Positions 28,360 through 42,492 of a stretch of 64,000 bases of DNA are shown piece by piece. This stretch comes from Bugula neritina (Eukaryota > Animalia > Bryozoa). The stretch lies in NCBI GenBank assembly GCA_964035545.1, contig OZ037770.1:2294001-2358000 (forward strand). The letters are read 5' to 3'. The position numbers and the translations under genes are program-made. Under the pieces are notes generated by a model, which was not told the origin of the DNA, did not search any database, and worked only from the letters and a program-made list of their open reading frames with translations. Position 1 is the stretch's first letter; the number at the start of each line of letters is the position of its first letter.

Positions 28360-28399
28360 TACTGATATTTCGGGTACCACTGTACCCATCTTCAGAGTA
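28360..28399 (-). ncRNA. Minimal hammerhead ribozyme motif (inverted pLTR copy)
   Basis: Exact reverse complement of 29457-29496. Confidence 0.7.
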
Positions 28400-28495
28400 G
28401 CAATGAATGAAATTCAAAAATTATTACGTTACGTTGGACGTTATGCATGACACAAAGAATAGAGAGTGGCAGTTATTGTAAATTATTAAAACTTA

Positions 28496-28942
28496 AGTTG
28501 CGTTTATACCTTCACGATTTTCGGTCAAAATTTCAATTTGGCCGGGTTGAAATTTCTCCGAGTTTCATTGCATTGTAAAAGCCACCCGTTGAAATTTTTG
28601 TACTGTGATAACTTAATCGGCCAATTTTCAAATAGGAGTAATAACTCCTTGTAAACATCGTTATTTCGCTATTACTTTGGTTATTAGACAATGTACTTAT
28701 ACGGTTATAATTATATAGCCTACACCTTCTCAATTATCGCTTTTATGCTTTCCGCTTTACTAATTCACGACGTTTACAAAGGGCATCAAATAGCTATTAT
28801 GCGAGTCAAATTTCAATTTCGGAAAGTGAGCAACCGCATCAATATGCTTTCAACGAGTTCCAGTTTGACTATAAAGGGGTACCCAGACAAGCATTATTAA
28901 CTTGAACTCGGTACTTTTTTCAGTAGAGGTATAAACGCAACT
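28496..28942 (+). mobile_element. MITE, PIF/Harbinger (Tourist)-like, TTA TSD
   Basis: TIRs AGTTGCGTTTATACCT / AGGTATAAACGCAACT; TTA on both sides; the empty site (AAAAC-TTA-GGGAG) is preserved in the other PLE arm at ~29355-29368. Confidence 0.9.
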
Positions 28943-29456
28943 TTAGGGAGATAATCTTATTTTATATTACGCAGGTCAAAAATTATACTGATTTTCTTGT
29001 ATAAAAATAAGTTAGAGTTGACAAAAAAAATATAGATATCCAAATATAAAAACAGCAAGAATTAGTGACACTATGTGAGAGTTGAGTAGTGTGGAGCTAT
29101 TGATATATGAAATCCACTATCGAAAAGTAGCCGAAGCTCTCTACATTAAACAAATAAAACCGCAACTCAATAAACAAAATTACTCCATACCACTAAAACT
29201 ATATCAATAGCTCCACACTACTCAACTCTCACATAGTTTCACTAATTCTTGCTGTTTTTATATTTGGTTATCTATATTTTTTTGTCAACTCTAACTTATT
29301 TTTATACAAGAAAATCAGTATAATTTTTGACCTGCGTAATATAAAATAAGATTATCTCCCTAAGTTTTAATAATTTACAATAACTGCCACTCTCTATTCT
29401 TTGTGTCATGCATAACGTCTAACGTAACGTAATAATTTTTGAATTTCATTCATTGC

Positions 29457-29496
29457 TACTCTGAAGATGGGTACAGTGGTACCCGAAATATCAGTA
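29457..29496 (+). ncRNA. Minimal type I hammerhead ribozyme motif of the PLE pLTR
   Basis: UACU-CUGAAGA-U-GGGUAC agug GUACCC-GAA-AUAU-C^AGUA: 4-bp stem I, 6-bp stem II, palindromic AUAU in place of stem III. Confidence 0.75.
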
Positions 29497-29581
29497 TATA
29501 ATTACTTTACCTAATAAAGTAATAAATCAACAATGTTTCTCGTATACTTATTTATAATTAAATTGCTAGCTCGTAAAGATA

Positions 29582-29834
<253 letters not shown>

Positions 29835-30863
29835 TATTAGCTATTCTCACAACCGCAGGGTGTAAAATATTTCTTACTTATATTAACTTTCTCCTAGAAA
29901 GGGTGAAAGAGTTTCACAGTGTAAATGGTGTGCACAAGTTTGGTGGAAAATAAACTCCTTTAAAAATACACCTGTATGAAACTTCAGGCAGGCGGGCAGT
30001 TACGCTTATGAATCTGATAAAATCAGCTGGCAGCTCATAATTTAAGAATGGTTTGTTGCATTTGAAGTTAGTGAAAATAACCAACTGGTATTGAATTAAA
30101 AAGCAAATAATTAGCTTGTCAGCTATATATTTAATAGGATTTTTTTACCTACAATTATCTGTGAACTGCTAAGCTGCATTTTGAACACCACTTATAAAAA
30201 TTTGAGCAATTCTATCCCAAACTAGAAGTTTAAAGCAAACGCTATTCTGTTTGAATAGTTATTATAGGAACTCGCAAGACCAACCAACAAATTTGCTAGG
30301 GATGATTTAGCTTAAAAGTTGATATCAAGATAAAAATCTATCTGGTATAAGTCGTGCACTCTTAGACTGATACTTATAAATGAAAAATGGCTAACTAAAC
30401 CTAGACACCCACCCAGCATTTATTATTACTCTTGGTGTCGTTGCAGTTATCCAATCAGATTTGATAAATGGGGTGGAGCTTAGTAGTGTGACCCGAATAG
30501 ACTGGCATATATACTCAACTATTGTGACGTGTGCACAAATACTAGTGAGTCAGAATCAGGCGAAAAAGCAAGACAGTAATAGGGGTATGAGAGAGAATAA
30601 TAAGCATAAGAGAGTGAATAATGTCTATAACAGAGCAAATAATAAGGGTATGAGAGTGCATAGTGGAGGTATGAGACTGAATAATGAGCATAAGAGAGAT
30701 AGAAATAAGGGTATGGGAATGAATAATGACAGTGTGAGACCAAATAATAGACCTAAGAGCACAAATAATAAGGGCATGAGAGCAAATTATAGACCAATAA
30801 GAGCGTTTTTTTGAGCATATGAGAGAGAATAATGGTTAGATACTTTATTATAAGCATATGAGA
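29835..30863 (-). mobile_element. Repeat family X copy
   Basis: Reverse complement of ~19980-20968. Confidence 0.8.
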
Positions 30864-31929
30864 CAGTGCATCACACGGCTTTTACGACTGTCAGGGTCGA
30901 TCCTCATTTTGCCATTTCGCGATATTAGCCGCAATAAACAATATATTTTCGTGCGATAACATCGACTGTCTAGGGCGCTACTGTTGACGAATCAGAACAA
31001 AGAGAGCACATGAGTGCTGTAAACATGTACGTGTTGTTATGGTTACTAATGATGATCTGCTACGTAATTTTTGTAGTAGACAACTCTCACAGAAATCATT
31101 AATTTGTCTTTTTATTATTTAGCTAACAACTTTTGCCTAGAAAAAAGCAAAGGTAAGGTGGCTCAAGCAATCCTGTATTTTTTTAGAATGTTTTAGCTTA
31201 AATTCTGTTTGGTTTATCCTACTAGAATGTTACCTGCTGCAGCATCAACACTATCATTGCAAAACTATATCTACTTATAACAAAATCTTGATGCACATAG
31301 CAAAATTATCTACTTTATTGTGGCGGATGTGCAAGAGTTTGGAGTCATCTCATCAATTACACATAGCAACAGAAGAACACAATATAGAAATAACAGAAAG
31401 CCAAAGACAGTATACCTTTATTTTTAACCAAAAAAGAATTTTGTTAAACATTATATTGTTTAGTTCACCATAAAAAAACTGATTTTACAAGTGGTTACAT
31501 CTTTTCCGAAAATAAAAGTGCCATGAAGCAGCCGAAAATGAAGTCGTCCGCTCACCAGACACCTAAAAAATAATTATGCAACATGATATTTTTAAAATTA
31601 AACACAGATATGCAAAAGTCATCACCTACATAATTTTTTATAAATTTAACAAGCTTGTTTAGTGAAAGTGTATAATACAAACACTAATGTTGATAGCGAA
31701 AATGCCATGTTCATGCAAGATAGTAAATCAATATAAATAAGGAGTCATATCATATCTATGTTATATATGTATTCAATTCTGGTTTATGCTTTATGCCTTT
31801 AACTATGAGTGCACAACCACTAATCCTATTTCTACCAACACCATCTCTACCACTAACAGTACTAACGTCAGAATCAAAAGCAACTTCACCACTACTACTA
31901 ATAATGTTATTATTTTATTATTATTACTT

Positions 31930-31952
31930 CTACTACTATACTACTGCTACTA

Positions 31953-31989
<37 letters not shown>

Positions 31990-32500
31990 GCTACTGCTAC
32001 TACTACTACTGCTACTACTACTACTACTACTACTGCTACTACTACTACTACTACTACTACTGCTGCTACTGCTGCTGCTACTACTTCTACTACTGCTACT
32101 ACTACTGCTACTGCTGCTGCTACTACTTCTACTACTGCTACTACTACTGCTACTACTACTACTGCTACTACTACTTCTACTACTGCTACTACTACTACTA
32201 CTGCTGCTACTACTGCTACTGCTGCTGCTGCTGCTGCTGCTACTACTTCTACTACTGCTACTACTACTGCTACTGCTGCTGCTACTACTTCTACTACTGC
32301 TACTACTACTGCTACTACTACTACTGCTACTACTACTTCTACTACTGCTACTACTACTGCTGCTACTACTGCTACTGCTGCTGCTGCTACTACTTCTACT
32401 ACTACTACTACTACTACTAACTAGTACTACTACTGCTACTACTACCAGTACTGCTGCTACTACTACTTTTACCACTACTGCCGCCACCACCACTACTAAT
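31930..32500. repeat. Compound (CTA/CTG/CTT)n trinucleotide repeat
   Basis: ~570 bp of TAC/TGC/TTC triplets with higher-order blocks; source of the poly-T, poly-L and poly-S ORFs. Confidence 0.95.
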
Positions 32501-34309
32501 ATTGTTTCTACTACAAGTACTGTAAATCTTACCAGCAGCAAGTTATATTGGAAACTGTTTGCTCATTTTATCATTGTATTAGTGCAATAACAAAATGTTT
32601 ATATTTTAATATAGTCAAACCTTTTAAAAAACTAGGCTGCTACTTATGAACTAAGAAGTTGTGCTACCCACCTTGATATGCACTCAGCTCCAACACCAAG
32701 CAGGTGGTTATGATGCTTCTCCACAATGGCCAGGCCATCCAGCTGTCCGATTGTATGCATCTACGTAAAAATTATTGGCATATGGTGCAAGAAATGATTA
32801 AAAACCAGATAAGTGTGCTAGAATTTATACAGCATAATATAGAGTAAGGTAAAAGAGAACAGACCGTCAAGTGGTACAGCATAGAAACAATTACTAGCTA
32901 TTATATGCTTTATAGAAGTTGGCAAATTGTAGCCCACTAGATATGAACTTTGGTTAGCATTTTATTTTGGCTTTCAGCAACTGCTTTAATCAATAATCTT
33001 GGCAAAACCAATATGTTTACAAATTAACACCTCCACTAGATAGGTATACAGGTCAAAATATTCCAATTGGTGACATACTAAAAGAAAATGTATATTTATT
33101 CATCTTTGAAAGATTGCTAATAATTTATAAAACAGCGTCGAAATCACTAAAGTAACAGCGCAAATAAGTTTATTAAACAGCATTATAGGATTGCCTATTA
33201 CTAGTTTCATGATTTCTATTATTTTACTGGTTTTAAACATAATATAGGCTGAAAAAGCAATATTAGTTCTCTCACTTTTGCTAACTACATTGCTTGGAAG
33301 GCCATCATAATTAGATTAGATCAAACAAATGTGTTGACAGGTAGACTGGAACAGGCCTAAAATTTGCAAGGTATAATTTAAATTTATCTGGCCTGAAATT
33401 GCTGAAACTGACAATACAATAATATGAGAAACAAGCAGGGTTTTTTAATAAAGCTAGCAAAAATAATTCCTCTACATATAATTAACATACAGTCCATACA
33501 TATAATATATTACTATGTCCAGGCAGCAGTGCTTGTTCTAGCCAAAAGAAAACTGATTTAATGGCTGATTTTAATGGCCAACAAGAAATTTATGGCGCAC
33601 AGTGGCATTGTCATATTTTTAATATTCAAAATTACAGTTCTAATCTATCAATCATTTTATCAATACTACTATACTATGATCTACTACTGCTGCTGGTTCT
33701 ACCACTGCTACCATACTGCTGAGTAATGCAAGCTAAGTAATTTAAATTGCAATTAAAAAAATTATCGGACTTTCTTTTCTATTACCTGTCCAGTTTAGCA
33801 TTTCTTTCATCATAGCTTGCCATAGTAACTTGAAAATTCACAGGGTTTGAGTTAGACCTATGGAATATACTTACAAGTAGAATGAACCCACAGTTCTGCA
33901 ATATATCATAAAAACATTCAAAATAAAACTATAGGAAAACCAAGTAAATGCTTCTAAGTATTAGTGCAAGTAAAGATGCTATGCAATCTATCCAACAAGC
34001 AGCCAAATGTCTCAAAATAAGCTTCAGAGTTATAAATATAAAATGTTTCCAAATCAAGGCTAGCAACACTTCTGTTGTTGTGATAGCAAATTTTGCTTAA
34101 TAAAGTAAGGAAACCAGCTTCCCTTGCATGACTCAATTTCTATTAAAGAAAAATTATACTCTCCTATAATCGCTGAAACACAGGCCTGTCACAAGTACAT
34201 GAATGGTAAATCTAGATGTTTCCCTAAAACCATCATCAAAACAGTAAACACACTGCAAAATATTTATTTTTACTTTTTCTGCTCAAACATTTAAATGGGC
34301 TCTGCAGGA

Positions 34310-34800
34310 TATGACAAATACCAAAATAATTCCGCTTTGTGAACTAGCAAATATGGACAAACACCCTAATATTCACGCCAATAGAAAAGTCTACGCATTT
34401 TGTGTTCTCAGCATTCTTCCTTGTGGATGAAAAAAATGGGCAACATGTGGACTGCAAGAATCAAAGCTCAGCACTTTTCATACCTGGAGTTTAAAATGCA
34501 TGTTGAGTAAAATCTGGGAAGATAAAATGGTAAATGAAGATGTATTTGAAATCACAGACCCGGATTCTCCATCGTCAAAACTGAATTTCTTCTGTCTTCA
34601 CTGGGCTGGTCAACATGCCAAAGTATCTCATCCACCGCACTCGATTGCATGCATTAATATCAAAAGAAACTCATCCAGCTAGAAGAACTTATATCTAAGG
34701 TTTGAGGATGTCCTGAAACAAGAGCTTAAGGAATTTTACATAAAATCCAATCAATTTACCACCTCCCAAATGAAGGCAAAGCATTCATGCAGGATGGGCA
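34310..34800 (+). mobile_element. Decayed RTE-clade LINE 3' fragment
   Basis: Reads KVYAFCVLSILPCG*KKW...QESKLSTFH...L.KIWEDKMVNEDVFE...LHWAG...LRFEDVLKQELK, matching the post-RT region of RTE ORFs. Confidence 0.7.
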
Positions 34801-35884
34801 TTCAACACTGAAAACAATATAAAGGGATCCATGGCTAGATGTTCAAGACATGAATGCTAAGGGTGTCATGCATATGATCACTGAGATATTTATGACAATC
34901 TCTCAATATACCTTAGCATATTAAATATGCTTGTAGTTATAGCTATTACTATAGTTGTTATATATGCTACTAACTAAAAGCAATAACCGTATTACAAACA
35001 TAGGTGAATGAGAAAAATAATTCAATAGTGGTGATATCAGTATGGGTATTATAATTTAGCAATTGGCATAAAAATTAAAAATGATGAATGTAATGATGGT
35101 TAAAGTTATTAGATACCTAAACTTATACCTATATTAATTAAAACAGTGACTTGTTGAAATATAAATAAATTAATATTCATTAAAACTTCATTGAATTAAA
35201 AGATAATTTTGAAGCAAAATGAACAGTTAAAATAAATTTATTCACAATAATTTTAACCCTTTATGATCAACCTTAAAATTAAAACTCAAGTATTTGTAGC
35301 AAAGTTTTGAATAAAGTTGGATTTTGCAACGGTTTGAGATACTTTCACTAGCACTATGTGCATAACTGTATAAGTTTCATCATATTGATACAGTTACATA
35401 CTCATACTCAAATATATAGTAACATTCTCAATAAATCAGGTATTAGTATTGAGATTGCGTTGGTCGAGATAACATCATGGTTACTCACTTATGGTTGTAT
35501 ACTTTAGCTTATACTTCTAGTTAAATGTACTACTGCCCTATTATTAAACTTAATCTTAGTCTGTCATCACTTAGAAAACATAGTTCAGTCTTGAGGCAAA
35601 TCAGTTTGAGTGTCGTTAGTTTCATTACCAGTAGTCATTAGATTTAGTCAGTGTACTTGAAATTTATTGATCAATATTACCATCAAATTTAAGTGACTAT
35701 TATTATGAATACTATATCCATCAAATATCAAAAACTGCAAACTTAATAAGTATGATTAAGAAAATCACAGCCAACATGGCGATGATTGAATTGTATGCTC
35801 GTGCTATTGAGATTCCTAACATAAAGGTTAACCTCACATAATGATTAGATAACAATCATATTCAATTTTTCATTACTGCCATTT

Positions 35885-36010
35885 GTTAGGAAAAGCATCC
35901 AGTCATAATTGCTCCTATGCTCCAAATAAATAATTCCTTAGCCCCATTTAACAAAAAAACCTTTCCCATCAGGGGTTTCTCACAGGGATGCCAACTATAA
36001 ACTTGCACAA
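35885..36010 (+). mobile_element. SINE 3' half (family of 12671)
   Basis: GTTAGGAAAAGCATCCAGTC...TCAGGGGTTTCTCACAGGGATG. Confidence 0.75.
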
Positions 36011-36099
36011 GTTTTATTTAATAGTAAATTAATTTACTTATATAAAAATTATTACATTCACAGTGATACATTGATGGTCATAATATTTTATATATCAAT

Positions 36100-38240
36100 A
36101 TCATCATTATGATACAATTATCACTATTACTATTAGTATTACTATATGATAACTTATCAATAAAACTTCATAAAGTTCATGAAAAACATTAAATATAACA
36201 ATTTAATCAAAACTAAATCAATGCCAAAGGGCAAGGTAGAGTCAAAATTAAATAAGCTATAGGGCGTAGGCTATAAGTATAAGTATAATTATCACTATAA
36301 AACTAAGTGACTGATGAGTTGGTACTTGGTAGCATAAACATAAAATGAGCATAAACAAACATAAACTAAAACACCATTACATATATGATTTATGACCCTT
36401 AGGTTTCTACTTTTAATTTTAGCTTTACCTTGTCTTTTGGCATTGGTTATTGTATTAGTTTAGGTTACACCACTATCAATTACTATGACTATGAATATGA
36501 GTGAGTAGCCTTGCCCGTAGAACTAGGAGTAGGAGTAGATCACTAGTAGTAGAAGTATGGGTATCGGGGTATGACTATAAGTATAACTCATAGTCACAGT
36601 ATGAGTATCTTACTGAAAGTGATACTCATAAACCTAAAGTGATAATCATAATGATACTCAGCATGACATGTAAGGTGTATGATACTCAGTCTCAGTTATA
36701 CAGAGTAGAATATCAAACTTTAAGTTTAACTGCTACTTTAAAGTAGGACTTAGACATCACCATTTATGGGTATGTCATACCGTCATAGACTATAGACATA
36801 GTATAAGGTTCTAATACTATAAGCATAACTATTACTATTAGTATTACTACTATAAGTATAAGTCTTTAAGTTTAAGTATAACTATATTTACTATTGATCA
36901 ATTTCGATTTGATACTATCACTATTAGTATTAGTATTACACTTTACAGTATTACTATTAGTATTAGTTGGTCCCATACTGATAGTGATACTCATATCACT
37001 ACCATTATGATTATCATAATCATTATGATTATGATTAAGAGTACTACAGTGATAGTTATACCCACATTTATGCTGATTACTAATTTAATATCACTCTAAT
37101 CAGTAACTGTTATCACTATGACTATCAGTGAATTATTTATCATTTTATGATTTTATCATAGTCATAATGAAACTGATTGAGTGATACTTATAGTAATAGT
37201 TATAGCTATACTGGCAGTGATACTGATAGTGATACTGATAGACTTAGACTTAGAGTGAGAGTCAGAGAGAGAGTGATATTCATATTTATAAATATGATTA
37301 TTATTATTATAAGTATAACATTAACTAAGAGTAAGAGCAAATGTAATGTCTAATCGTGACATTATAACTATTACCATTAGTGCATTCGTATTAGTATTAC
37401 TATTAGTAGTAGTATTACTAATAATTATTAATCTATTTTTCAATAATAACCATGCATATGCCCTAGCCTATAAGTTTGAGTACGCCTATGGTATTCCTAA
37501 TTTAAATTGGATCTTTGGGTCATTTGATCAAAGGAGCAGCGGACTCCGATTAGGCATTGGACCTTGGGGCGAGGTTCAAGTAAAACCGATATTCGGTCAA
37601 AACAGGTCTAGTCTATCATAGTGGCCAGTAATTTATCTGCGCAAGCTTACTCGCCTCTTGTGTTCATAATAAATTCGGCCTAACTGCTCCGCAAATGGGG
37701 CGATAATCATAAGTTTCATAATAATATATTATTAGAGACTAATTTAGTATGTACAGTATACACATGTTAGTAATTACAATCTAGTTCCATTCTTCAAGAA
37801 AACCCATTACGAATCAGGTTGGTACTATTGCTATTAGGTTGATAATATTATTAGTAAAACAATGTGCTCATTTTTGATATAAATTATTATTACTACTAGT
37901 ACAGTAGACGTAGTAGTACTAGTAGTAGTAGTAGTAGTACAGTAGTACTAGTAGTAGTAGTAGTACTCTAGTTACTAGTAGTAGTACTAGTAGACCTACT
38001 AGTAGTTCTGATGTCTAATACCTTAATAGTTAGTTATTACTATTACTGATTACTCAATTAGTATTACCAGTAGGTAGTAAGAGTAAGTCTAATCTAATGC
38101 TGTAATAGATAATTTTTATGACTATCACTACGCCCTATGACTATGAGTTGGTATCAAGTTATATTTCATTATTAATTGATTATGCGTTTGTTTACTAAGA
38201 AAAATCTAATGGTAGTCTCAGTCCGTTAACTTATATTTAG
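36100..38240. repeat. Cryptic hexamer/trimer low-complexity zone around a CpG-richer core (37520-37710)
   Basis: Mosaic of TATAAG, TATGAC, GATACT, TATTAG and TAG runs; the core lacks them and has many CpG. Confidence 0.6.
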
Positions 38241-38244
38241 TTAT

Positions 38245-39042
38245 AATCCCCAAATTCTACCATCATATCGACTAGGGGGAGAAACATTGCCCTACGTAGA
38301 TGAGATTACCTACCTTGGAGTTACACTACAATCTAACCTCAAGTTTCACAGCCACATAACTAAGAAAATAAACAAAGCATACAAGGTTCTTGGCATGCTA
38401 AAGCTATCCCTCTATGGAGCTCCCAAGAAAGCAAAGCTGCTGGCATATATGACTCTCTGCAGACCTATACTAGAATACGCTGCAACCACTTGGGATCCTG
38501 TAACAAGGCAACTTGTGAAAGAAATTGAGTTAGTCCAGAACCGAGCTATTAGATTCATCTGCTGTCTCAAAGGCCGGGAGGCTAGCATCAGTGATGCAAG
38601 AGAACAACTCAACATATCATCACTGGAAGATCGTCGCAAAAGCCTACGAATAACCCTCCTTTTGAAGATCCTGTCCAAAGAAGAATGTCATCAGGCATTA
38701 TCTTCCAGCTACACTGAACTGACAAGGGACAAATCAACCGCTACCGTTACCACGAGGGCTGCCTCTAACGGAATACCAACTGCGATATCTGCCATGTGCA
38801 CAGCATATCATAACAGCTTCCTACCGCGCACTATTAGAGACCTAAGAATTGGAACTCCCCAAATACTTGATAAATGATAACCTGAAAGGTACTACAATTG
38901 CCAAATTTAAAATGCATAATGTATGCAAATACAGTTATAATTCTATGTCAAATGTATTGTAACAAGCTGCTGAGGCACGCCTCTTGCGCCTTATGGTGAT
39001 CTAGCGTGTGCTAAAGTCGAAGTATCGAAGTATCGAAGTATC
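38245..39042 (+). mobile_element. 5'-truncated CR1/L2-group LINE 3' end; RT C-terminal ORF intact to the stop at 38877
   Basis: YLGVTLQSNLKFHSHI...LAYMTLCRPILEYAATTWDP...IELVQNRAIRFI...SFLPRTIRD; short 3' UTR with a stem-loop and a (TCGAAGTA)3 tail. Confidence 0.9.
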
Positions 39043-41039
39043 ACTTACAGTACTGATTCTTTCTCTTTCAATTTGGAACTTCGTTGTTTTCTGTTCCAAT
39101 AATTATAATCATAATGCAATAAATTTAAAAGTTACCCAGTGTGAGTGACTAACTAACTACAATTTAGGTTCATTCTTGATGAAAACACTATGAGTATAAC
39201 TATAAGTATTTACTCACTTATAATCGACGCAATAGTAATAAAAAGAAGTTTTGCAATGAATTGGGATCCTAGCCTGGAGCTGGTGAAATTGCATATAGCT
39301 AATTAACACGGGGTATATTATGTTTCTGAATATTATTATATGTATTTAACTGTTAAGAATGTAGTGAACAATATTGGTGTATAGATAATTAGGGTTCACT
39401 ATTACTATGAGTGTCCTAGTCATAGTTGAAAATAAGATGTTCATAATGGTCATTCTCAAAATATAAAAATATATGCATAACCATTAACAAGTTGAAAATA
39501 TTTGTTTAAAATGATTTATAGACCATGGATAACGATGAATAAAGCTATTCAGTCTGTTTATCCCAACTTGAGGCTTTGGCAGAAAAAGGTATCGAGGAAG
39601 ATAAAATCAAAAATGGTACTGAAACAATTTGCAACTTGAAAAACGATGATTGAAAAGGCGTCAAGAAAGTAAGTGCATGTTATACTAACTATGATGAGTT
39701 TTGTAGCTTGGTTTTTAATCAGTTTTCTCCATACACAATATTGAATTTGTTCAATCTTTTAGAATTGTCACAAACCTGTTAGACCAAGCTGAAAATATAA
39801 GTGATGAGTTGAAAAAAGCTGCCTCAGAGCAATTGACAGGTTATTTTTACATCTATTCTAAAGAAAAGTTCTGGTGAATACATAAATGTTGTTTTTGTAC
39901 TGGCACAATTTTTGCTGCACAATTTTGATATGTTCATTTTAGATTTTGATAAACATAACCATCACACAATGATCCTAAATGTTGTAGTACTGTAAATGGC
40001 GAAAATGAAAAATTATTGCGTGAACGTAAAGTTTCCTACCTAATTTTGTATTTTAGCCACCTAATCAACTTGTAAAAACACGAATAAATAATATTAAGTC
40101 CAAATTAGGCTTTTTACAGCCAATAAGCACCTGATAATATTCATGTATTTATGGCTCATAGAATGTAATGAATTGTACATACAACTTCTTTATCTCACTT
40201 TCAAAATACTGTCAGACACCTATATATATGCTAACTTTTTTACTACAATTTAAGGCTGTTTATGTTTTCAGATGTTCAACAATTGTTAGAACTCCTTGAG
40301 CAGTATGCCCGACAGCCTCAAAGAGCACCAATGTATATAGAGGCTACCTCAGTTAAATGGGACAAAATCCGATCAATTCTTCATAGGAATACAATTACTG
40401 GCATGGGAACTAGGAAACTCTTGATTAGTAGGTAATTTTTAGTAACTTTTATTTTAATTAACCAGCCATCACCAATTTTAGGTGTTGTTACTATTATTTT
40501 GCATTTTTTATACCCAACAATTTATAATGTGTTGTTTTAAGCTAAAACACTGTTTTAGCTTGTAATCTATGTTTTAGGTGAAAGGCTGTCTCTACTCCCA
40601 TCAACTTGCCAATTGTGTAACAATACAATGGTTAAAAAATTTGTAGCTTACACCCTCAAAGTCATCTCTATAATCAATGGTAAATTATTCAAATTGTCCA
40701 ATCAAATTCTAAAAAATATTTGGGTCATTTGTGTTTCAAATAATCGCTAGTATTTTATATTATATTTAAGTGAAGTGAAATTATTGGTCATCTATGTTTA
40801 TTCAATCAGTTGTCAATTATGCATTTATCTGTTACATGATAACTTCTAGAGTATACATATAATTTCTTAACATTTTTGCCTTATTTAGCTATTGTTATAA
40901 TTTGCTTCTCACAATTTCATATATTGACACTATCTTTTTTCTAGGGCGCACTGAAACGGTGATTCTCCTTATTGTGAGCTATGCTCATGGACACGTGTTC
41001 AAGTGAGTGAAAATTTTCCTAAACTCAGGCTGTGGCCAC

Positions 41040-42197
41040 CAGGGTTGGGGTAATTGTAATTTGTAATTGTAATTGGTTGTAATTAATTACATTTTTTCAA
41101 GTAATTGAATGTAATTTGTAATTGATGTATAAAAATGTAATTGTAATTGTAATTGTAATTAATTACATTGCTAATGTAATTGAATTTTACAATTACTTTA
41201 TAATTACATGTCAATTACTTCAAACTTTTAAATCTTGAAAAAATCATTCTTTTCCTACCATATCTACTGTTAAATAACAAGTTCAGATTAAGTCAATATA
41301 GTATAGGGTCATTCCATGCTAACTCACCACATGGCCGGTGCCTTTGTGTCTCAGAGTTTGTTCATATTTACACCAAATAGGCCTACATATGTCCTGAGTA
41401 CTCTTCTTAAATATTTTTGGCCTGACAGAAAACTTTTTGAAAAATGACTACATTTGTGGACAAAGGTTGGGAAAAATTTTAAGGAAAGTTGGTGATTTCT
41501 ACTTTTAGAGCAATTTATAAATGTCTATATCTCAACCATTTTTCTAGACTAAGTCTTAAAATTTGCTGTGCGATTTGATAATACCTATCAACTTGCACTA
41601 GTAGCAACACATACTACAGAACAATTTGTGTGCATATATGCTAAACCATTAAATATGGGCAAATTTTTGTAAATTTTGAAAAATTTTTAAATATCCCCTA
41701 CATCAATTTTTAAGGCTCAGTCTAAAAAAATGGTTGAGATATAGACATTTATAAGTTGGTCTAAGAGTAGAAATCACAAATTTTCCTCAAAAGTTTTCCC
41801 AACCTTTGTCTACAAATGTAGTCATTTCTCAAAAAGCTTTTGTGTCATGTCAGAAATATTAACGAATAGTACACCGGACATGTGTAAATATAAGCAAAAT
41901 CTGAGAAGCAAAGGCGTGGGACCCCTTAAAATTTGGTTGATTTGGCATAGATTGACCCTATAGTATCACTATTGGGAACAAAGGAAGTTCACCACTGTCA
42001 ACATTGCCCCTGGTAGTTGGACCCTAGAAGTGACATTGTATAACTTCTATTTGTCCTTTGTGAGAACAAAAGTAATTGTAATTGTAATTAATTACATTAC
42101 CTTTTAACTGTAATTATAATTGTAATTGTAATTGACAAATCTTCATGTAATTGTAATTGTAATTAATTACATTTACATGTAATTGACCCCAACCCTG
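41040..42197. mobile_element. Non-autonomous hAT element
   Basis: TIR CAGGGTTGGGG / CCCCAACCCTG, perfect 8-bp TSD GTGGCCAC (41032-39, 42198-205), subterminal (TAATTG)n arrays. Confidence 0.92.
41306..41958. mobile_element. Foldback MITE nested in the hAT element
   Basis: Termini GGGTCATTCCATGC / GCATAGATTGACCC flanked by TATA; long internal inverted arms (~41430-41560 vs 41705-41850). Confidence 0.8.
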
Positions 42198-42492
42198 GTG
42201 GCCACTAACTCCCCAAGGAAAAGTATTCGTGACCTTCAGTTATTTGTTACACATCAGCACCTTACAGCATCATTCTCCAACTTTAAGCATGAAACGCTTG
42301 TTCTCTAGTCTAAAGTTCTTGGCAGTATTGGATGGCAGGGTTAATTTTATTAGTTTTTAATGCTTTCGAACACATTTGTTCATTTACTATTTGTTCACTG
42401 TTAAAATGTAGCATTCATTTATAAGCTTTTTATAATCGTAAATTTGCATGCTAAAAGAAGTTAGCATAATTTATTACTCCCCTGCACAGTTT

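Noticed and set aside
31793-32590. Poly-Leu and poly-Ser ORFs
   Set aside because: Alternative frames of a trinucleotide repeat
33954-34140. Possible minus-strand exon (..EAGFLTLLSKICYH..)
   Set aside because: Only a weak acceptor, no partner exons, no recognisable homology
36311-36340. CTGATGA as another hammerhead core
   Set aside because: No stem II or GAAA follows
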